A stretch of 64,000 nucleotides of DNA from Cladosporium halotolerans. Lineage: Eukaryota. Where the stretch lies: the NCBI RefSeq assembly GCF_011745625.1, contig NW_027191462.1:124001-188000 (forward strand), written 5' to 3'. The notes beneath the pieces were generated by a model. It did not search any database. It worked only from the letters and a program-made list of their open reading frames with translations, and was not told where the DNA came from. This document shows, one piece after another, positions 59,496 to 64,000 of the stretch (the first letter of the stretch is position 1; each line of letters starts with the position of its first letter). The translations under genes were made by a program, and so were the position numbers.

Positions 59496-60674
59496 CTACT
59501 GCTCGGAGGGGCAGTCGCCGTAGACACCCCAGTAGTGCTCGACGCCGTAGGTGTCGCCGGAGGTGTCCTTCCAGTAGCCGTTGTAGGCGGTGAAGAGGTA
59601 CATGTCGGCGCCGGTGAAGTGGTCCTTGAGGTCCTGGACGGCGGCCTTCTGGTTCTCCATGCTGGGGACGGCCTCGCCGTTGGGGCTACCCTTGGAGGGC
59701 CAGCCGGCCTCGGTGATGACGGTGCGCTTGCCACCGCAGGCCTCAGAGACACGCTGGGCCTGGTCGAGGACCCACTTGCCAGACTTCTCGGCGGTGACGC
59801 CGCCATCAAAGAAGGCGTGGCAGTTGGCGGCGACGAAGTCACCGACGTCGCAGAGGCCGGGGTTGTTGATGATGGCAATGAAGGTGTCGACGGTGACGAC
59901 GGGACCGTCGTAGCCCTCGGCAGCGAGGCAGCTCTTGGCGGTGTCGACGGCGTACTTGATGTCGCCGACGCCGTACTGGCCGTTGTTGACGCCCTCGTTG
60001 CCGACGGAGACGGCCTCGATGGCGCTCCAGTCGCCGTTGACGCCCTGGGCGAGAGTCTTGGCCTCGGTCTCAACGTCGTGGATGTTGAAGATGCCGGCCA
60101 TGACCTTCATGTTCTTGTTCTTGGCGGCGGTGACGATGGGGCCGACCTGGTCGCAGTCGACGCCGTACATGCGGATGTGGGTGTAACCCTCGAGAGCGTT
60201 GATGTCCTCATCAATCTGGTCCTTGGTCTTGCAGGACTTGTCGGCGTTGTACGGAGAGTAAGAGATACCGTGGCCAGACTTGTCGTCAGAAGAAGAGTCG
60301 TCGCCAGAGTAGGAAGACGGGGCAGCAGACTGCGCGGCCTGGGTGGAAGAGGGAGCCGGGGCAGAGTAAGCCGGGGCAGAGTAGGCCGGGGCCTGGGAAG
60401 AAGCAGGCGCAGGAGGCTGGTACTCCTGGGGAGGGGCGCTGTAGGCAGCCGGGGCCGGGGCCGGGGCGGAGGTGGCCTGAGCCTGCTGGCCGTTGATCTT
60501 GTTGCCGTACTGGTCGACGTAGACGACCTCGTTGGCAGCGGCGGTGACGGTGGAGACCTCGGTCACATACTCGACAGCCTGCTTCTTAGCGTGGCGGTGA
60601 CGGTGAGCGCCGTGCTGGGGCTGGGCGAGAGCGACGGCCGACAGAGCGGCGATGCTGAGAAGTCCGGCCTTCAT
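59496..60674 (-). CDS. Secreted glycoside hydrolase family 17 (Scw4/Scw10/Scw11/BtgE-like cell-wall glucanase)
   Basis: Signal peptide MKAGLLSIAALSAVALA, His-rich HGAHRHRH and Ser/Ala/Pro linker. Catalytic motifs GISYSPY, IRMYGVDC, VSVGNE, VITEAGWPSKG. Confidence 0.92.
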   Translation of the reverse strand: MKAGLLSIAALSAVALAQPQHGAHRHRHAKKQAVEYVTEVSTVTAAANEVVYVDQYGNKINGQQAQATSAPAPAPAAYSAPPQEYQPPAPASSQAPAYSAPAYSAPAPSSTQAAQSAAPSSYSGDDSSSDDKSGHGISYSPYNADKSCKTKDQIDEDINALEGYTHIRMYGVDCDQVGPIVTAAKNKNMKVMAGIFNIHDVETEAKTLAQGVNGDWSAIEAVSVGNEGVNNGQYGVGDIKYAVDTAKSCLAAEGYDGPVVTVDTFIAIINNPGLCDVGDFVAANCHAFFDGGVTAEKSGKWVLDQAQRVSEACGGKRTVITEAGWPSKGSPNGEAVPSMENQKAAVQDLKDHFTGADMYLFTAYNGYWKDTSGDTYGVEHYWGVYGDCPSEQ

Positions 60675-60720
60675 GGTTGCGGTGGAGTGGCAAGAAGCTG
60701 CTGGTGTTGTTTGACGGGTA

Positions 60721-60915
60721 CTGCCGGCCAGCGGGTCAGAGTGTGTTTCGTTTGGTTGACGTGCTCGACGCGTGATGTTGATTGATTGCAATTCAGGGAT
60801 TGATCGCAATCATATGCAACTCGGGCCTCTTGACGCGCCTTTTGCAGAAATGCAACAGAGCGGTCGGTGGGCGCGGTGGGCAAGCAGGGCAGGAAATGCG
60901 GGTCGTGGGACTTAC
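60721..60915 (-). other. Putative 5'-UTR intron of the GH17 gene
   Basis: Minus-strand GTAAGT at 60915, CTGAC branch and CAG ending at 60721, 46 nt before the ATG. Confidence 0.65.
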
Positions 60916-62805
60916 AGGAGCGCTGCAGTTGTTGCCGGCTGGAATGCTGGGGGTGGTAAAGAATGTAATGCGTGCCGAAGCAGCGGTAGTGAGCGTGAGG
61001 CAACGGAGGCGGCGTGAGGCTGTCCAAGAAAAGGCGGCGGACAGGCTACAGCGCGAGGGCAGGCAGTTAATGAATGGAGGCGCTGTAATTACTCGTGCTG
61101 GCGCCGCTCCGGATCGACAGAATTAAATTCGACAGGGGTGAAGGCCGAGTGCAATCTCGCGAGCGGCGGGCCCCACCCGCGCGCGCACGCTGACTGGCCG
61201 CCGGCGTCAGGTACGGGCGAGCGCGCAACCTTGTTCGGCAGCGCGCATCACAGCGCGCATCACAGCGCCTCTGGGGGGCTGTCGGGGCTGTCTGAGCACA
61301 GCTGCTCGCAATAATAAATACACATCGACAGACCGCATGCGGCGGTAGCGCCAGCCCGGCCACCCTCTTCCACCCTGTATCCATCTATCCGCCCTTCTGC
61401 CATCGTGTTCCTGCGCAAACCGCCCGCCGCATCAACCTCTCCGCCGCCTGCGCTCCCTCTTTCTCCTAGCTCCGGCCCAGACTTCCTCGGCGCTCCAGGC
61501 ACGCCGGCAAGTCTAGCCCAAGCGTCTTGGGCGCCCTCGCCCTGTCCTGCGTCCGCTCCCCAACACCGCCCAGGGGAACAGAAACATCCAAGCGCCTGTC
61601 AAGCTGGCCGGTGGCCGCCCAAGCGCCTCGTAAAGCACCGTGGCACCGTGCCCATGTTATAGGTACAAGCCCGTCGCAGACACCAGCTCTGCCTATAGTA
61701 GCCCCCCATCACGGACCTCCAATCTGCACGCAACCCACGTCTCCCTCATGCCGAAGGCCCTCCCGGTCACAGTCCCTCGAAGCCCACTCAGCCAAGGCTC
61801 TCAACAGCATCAGCCGCCCCGTCGCCGGCCGCCTCGCAAAAGCCCAGGCTTCCGGGACGGACGTCGCACGGTGGATCGATGTCTCACTCTTCTCCGCACT
61901 CCGGTCCTCGTCGTGAAGTCTGTCTCGTCACTCACTCGGCGGGCGCTTGCTGACGGTCGCGACCGTTGCGTGGCTGGGCTTTCTCCGCGTCGTCTCGTCG
62001 CACGCGAGTCTCGAGTGCCGGATGGCTGCTGCGCGAGCCGTGGTTGGTTTGCGCCTTCGCGTTTCGAGACGCTGCCGGTCGGGTAAGCTGGGCTGATGTT
62101 GGACGAGGCTGCGTGCGATTTGAATGGTCTGGCTTCATGAGATGCTTTGGCTCAAGAAGTGCATTGCAGTGCGGTAGGTGAGCTGGATGCAATGACAGGT
62201 GCAGCGTGTGATGCTCCTACCTACGGTCCAGGCGCTGCAGAGTGTTTACTGTTTCAACCGCAGGCATCCGCCCGCCATTGACACCCAGCAGCCAACGGGC
62301 GCGACTGAATCAGCGTCGTGCCATGTAATTACTCGCGATCAAACCCAAGGTCATCTGAATCCTACAGTGCATGCCATGCTCAGCAACAAACAAACACTGC
62401 GGTCCCCTGGATGTCACGCTCAATGGTAGAAACAGTGGAGCAGCCCGAGCTGGTACCTGAGCCGCACGTGGGCTGCAAGGAACCCGAGCGGGAGGTTTTG
62501 TGGAGAGGATTTGCAGCGAGCGCTTGGCCGGAAGTTCTCCAGGACAAGAGGTGTCCGAATTGAGAATTGATCTTGAAGCTTTGGAGCGGAGGATGGCACC
62601 CTAGCAGATTGCTAAAGAAGCTAGAGAAGTCGAGATTTATCGTGGGTCTGAGAAGAGCTTTCCATGACCGGCACACGGGCTGCCGTAGATTCGAGTGCAC
62701 ATCGACTCTGGCGTGCCCATTATTCCGCGCCTTGCGGATCTCATGTTGAAGGAATATAATTTACAAAAATCTGTCCTCTTCCATCAATTGGCAGTAAGCC
62801 AGTCG

Positions 62806-62896
62806 GGTTCAATGGTCTAGCGGTTACGATTCTCGCTTAGGGTCCACCCTGAGACACGATTGCGAGAGGTCCCCGGTTCGAGTCCGGGTTGAACCC
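62806..62896 (+). tRNA. tRNA-Pro(AGG) with 18-nt intron (62843-62860)
   Basis: Acceptor GGTTCAA/TTGAACC+C, anticodon stem CTCGC/GCGAG, AGG at 62839-62841, T-arm CCCGG-TTCGAGT-CCGGG, downstream T-tracts. Confidence 0.95.
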
Positions 62897-63414
62897 CATT
62901 CTTTTGCTTTTTGCCCTTCGACCGTCACTCGAGCAAGGGCAGGACTTTGATCAGATGGTTGCGTCGATTTCCGCGATGGGTTGCCATGGGACTGTGACTG
63001 GGGCGAGTGATTTTTGCTGAGTGACGGAACAAAGCTTTTTGAAATGTTGGTTTGACGGTAGTGTACTGCTCGGATACGAGTACGATCAACAGAGGGTCGA
63101 GACACGAATGTAAGTTGAGAGGCGAGAACGAAGACTGTCGATGAACAAGTGACATTTGCAAAGATAGCAAGCTATATCCGTGGACAATGCACGCGAAGAA
63201 AAGACCAACATCGACAAAAGCAGCTCCTCCATGAAAACGCTCAACCTTACCCCCAAATACTCCTTGGGAAATATGCTCCCATATGCCATAGTGAAATGCC
63301 ACGCCATGCATACCGTCAACATCAAACAAACAGCGGCGGAACATCTGCACACACTCAGTCAGCAAGACTTAGTACACTCCCCTCACAGCCGCGCTACTCA
63401 CTCAGCAAATGGTG

Positions 63415-64000
63415 TCACACACCGGAATACAGAGAATCCGAAAGCCACTCGTCGCGCTCGCGTTCGCGCGCGGCGGCCGCCTTCCTGCTGCGCGCGGAGC
63501 GCAAGCTCAGGCTGCGGAAGAGCTCGCCGCCCTTGGCGAACCAGACGCGCAGCTTCTCGCCCAGGCGCTTGATGCGGAACTCGGCCTTGCCCATGCCGAT
63601 GCCGTCGAGGGTGAAAGCGGCGGAGGAGTCGAGGGCGGTGCGGTCGGCGGCGAGGGAGGCAGCGTCGTAGGGGTGGGGGTTCGCGGCGGAGGCTTCGTCG
63701 AGGGATTGGGCGCCGCGGGTGGGGTCCGGGTTGTTGTGGTTGGTGTTGGCCTTGGAGGCTTTGGACTTGAGACCGGTCCAGCGCCGGCCTTTCGGGGTCT
63801 TGCGTTCTTTGTTGCTCTCGGAACTATCGTCTGAGAAGTAAGAGCGGACCTCGTCGAGGTTGAAGGCGACTGGTGGGGTCAGGGCGGTCGTTGGGTAGCG
63901 GTCGCCTGGGTTGTGGGCAGGTTCGTCTGCGGTGCGGAGGCCAGGCGATGTTGGCAGGCTCCTGGTCGTGTCGTCGTGGTGGCTGCGGCTGAGACCGATT
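63415..64000 (-). CDS. 3' part of an uncharacterised protein running off the window edge
   Basis: Minus-strand frame with C-biased codons ending ...FTLDGIGMGKAEFRIKRLGEKLRVWFAKGGELFRSLS...LYSGV*. Confidence 0.65.
   Translation of the reverse strand, partial: IGLSRSHHDDTTRSLPTSPGLRTADEPAHNPGDRYPTTALTPPVAFNLDEVRSYFSDDSSESNKERKTPKGRRWTGLKSKASKANTNHNNPDPTRGAQSLDEASAANPHPYDAASLAADRTALDSSAAFTLDGIGMGKAEFRIKRLGEKLRVWFAKGGELFRSLSLRSARSRKAAAARERERDEWLSDSLYSGV

Noticed and set aside
59232..60785. 517-aa antisense ORF over GH17 (likewise 14906-16021, 34740-35633, 48720-49697, 55553-56740, 1481-2659)
   Set aside because: Shadow ORFs expected from strong GC3 codon bias on the opposite strand; no recognisable protein features.

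Overview
Eukaryotic genomic DNA from a filamentous ascomycete. Short GT-AG introns with CTRAC branch points, intron-containing tRNAs and the gene set point to Pezizomycotina; a Dothideomycete assignment is only an impression. I read about 24 protein-coding genes. Most are conserved housekeeping genes: EXO1, a GT90/CAP10 glycosyltransferase, ureidoglycolate lyase, ECO1, UTP6, PHO84, NUP159, PUP1, LDB17-like, an MFS monocarboxylate transporter, a Ub-like/AN1 zinc finger, GRH1, TGS1, histone H1, MSS4, PCMT and a GH17 glucanase. There are also three tRNA genes (Tyr, Cys, Pro). Several orphan genes lie at 23.5-29.4 kb and in a gene-poor stretch at 36.5-48.5 kb. I saw no transposon ORF, CRISPR array, rRNA or biosynthetic cluster, and no clearly novel multi-gene system. 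The best leads are (i) an orphan protein with a five-copy higher-order repeat 'SNPQTPRSRIVTLKL', (ii) a large HeLo-like-N-terminal protein without a NOD domain, (iii) a tRNA-Cys with a U53:A61 pair, (iv) a non-consensus branch-point intron in TGS1, and (v) clear cis-regulatory signatures (four CACGTG boxes before PHO84; an identical CGCGACGCGT element before EXO1 and ECO1). All gene models were spliced by eye and are unverified.
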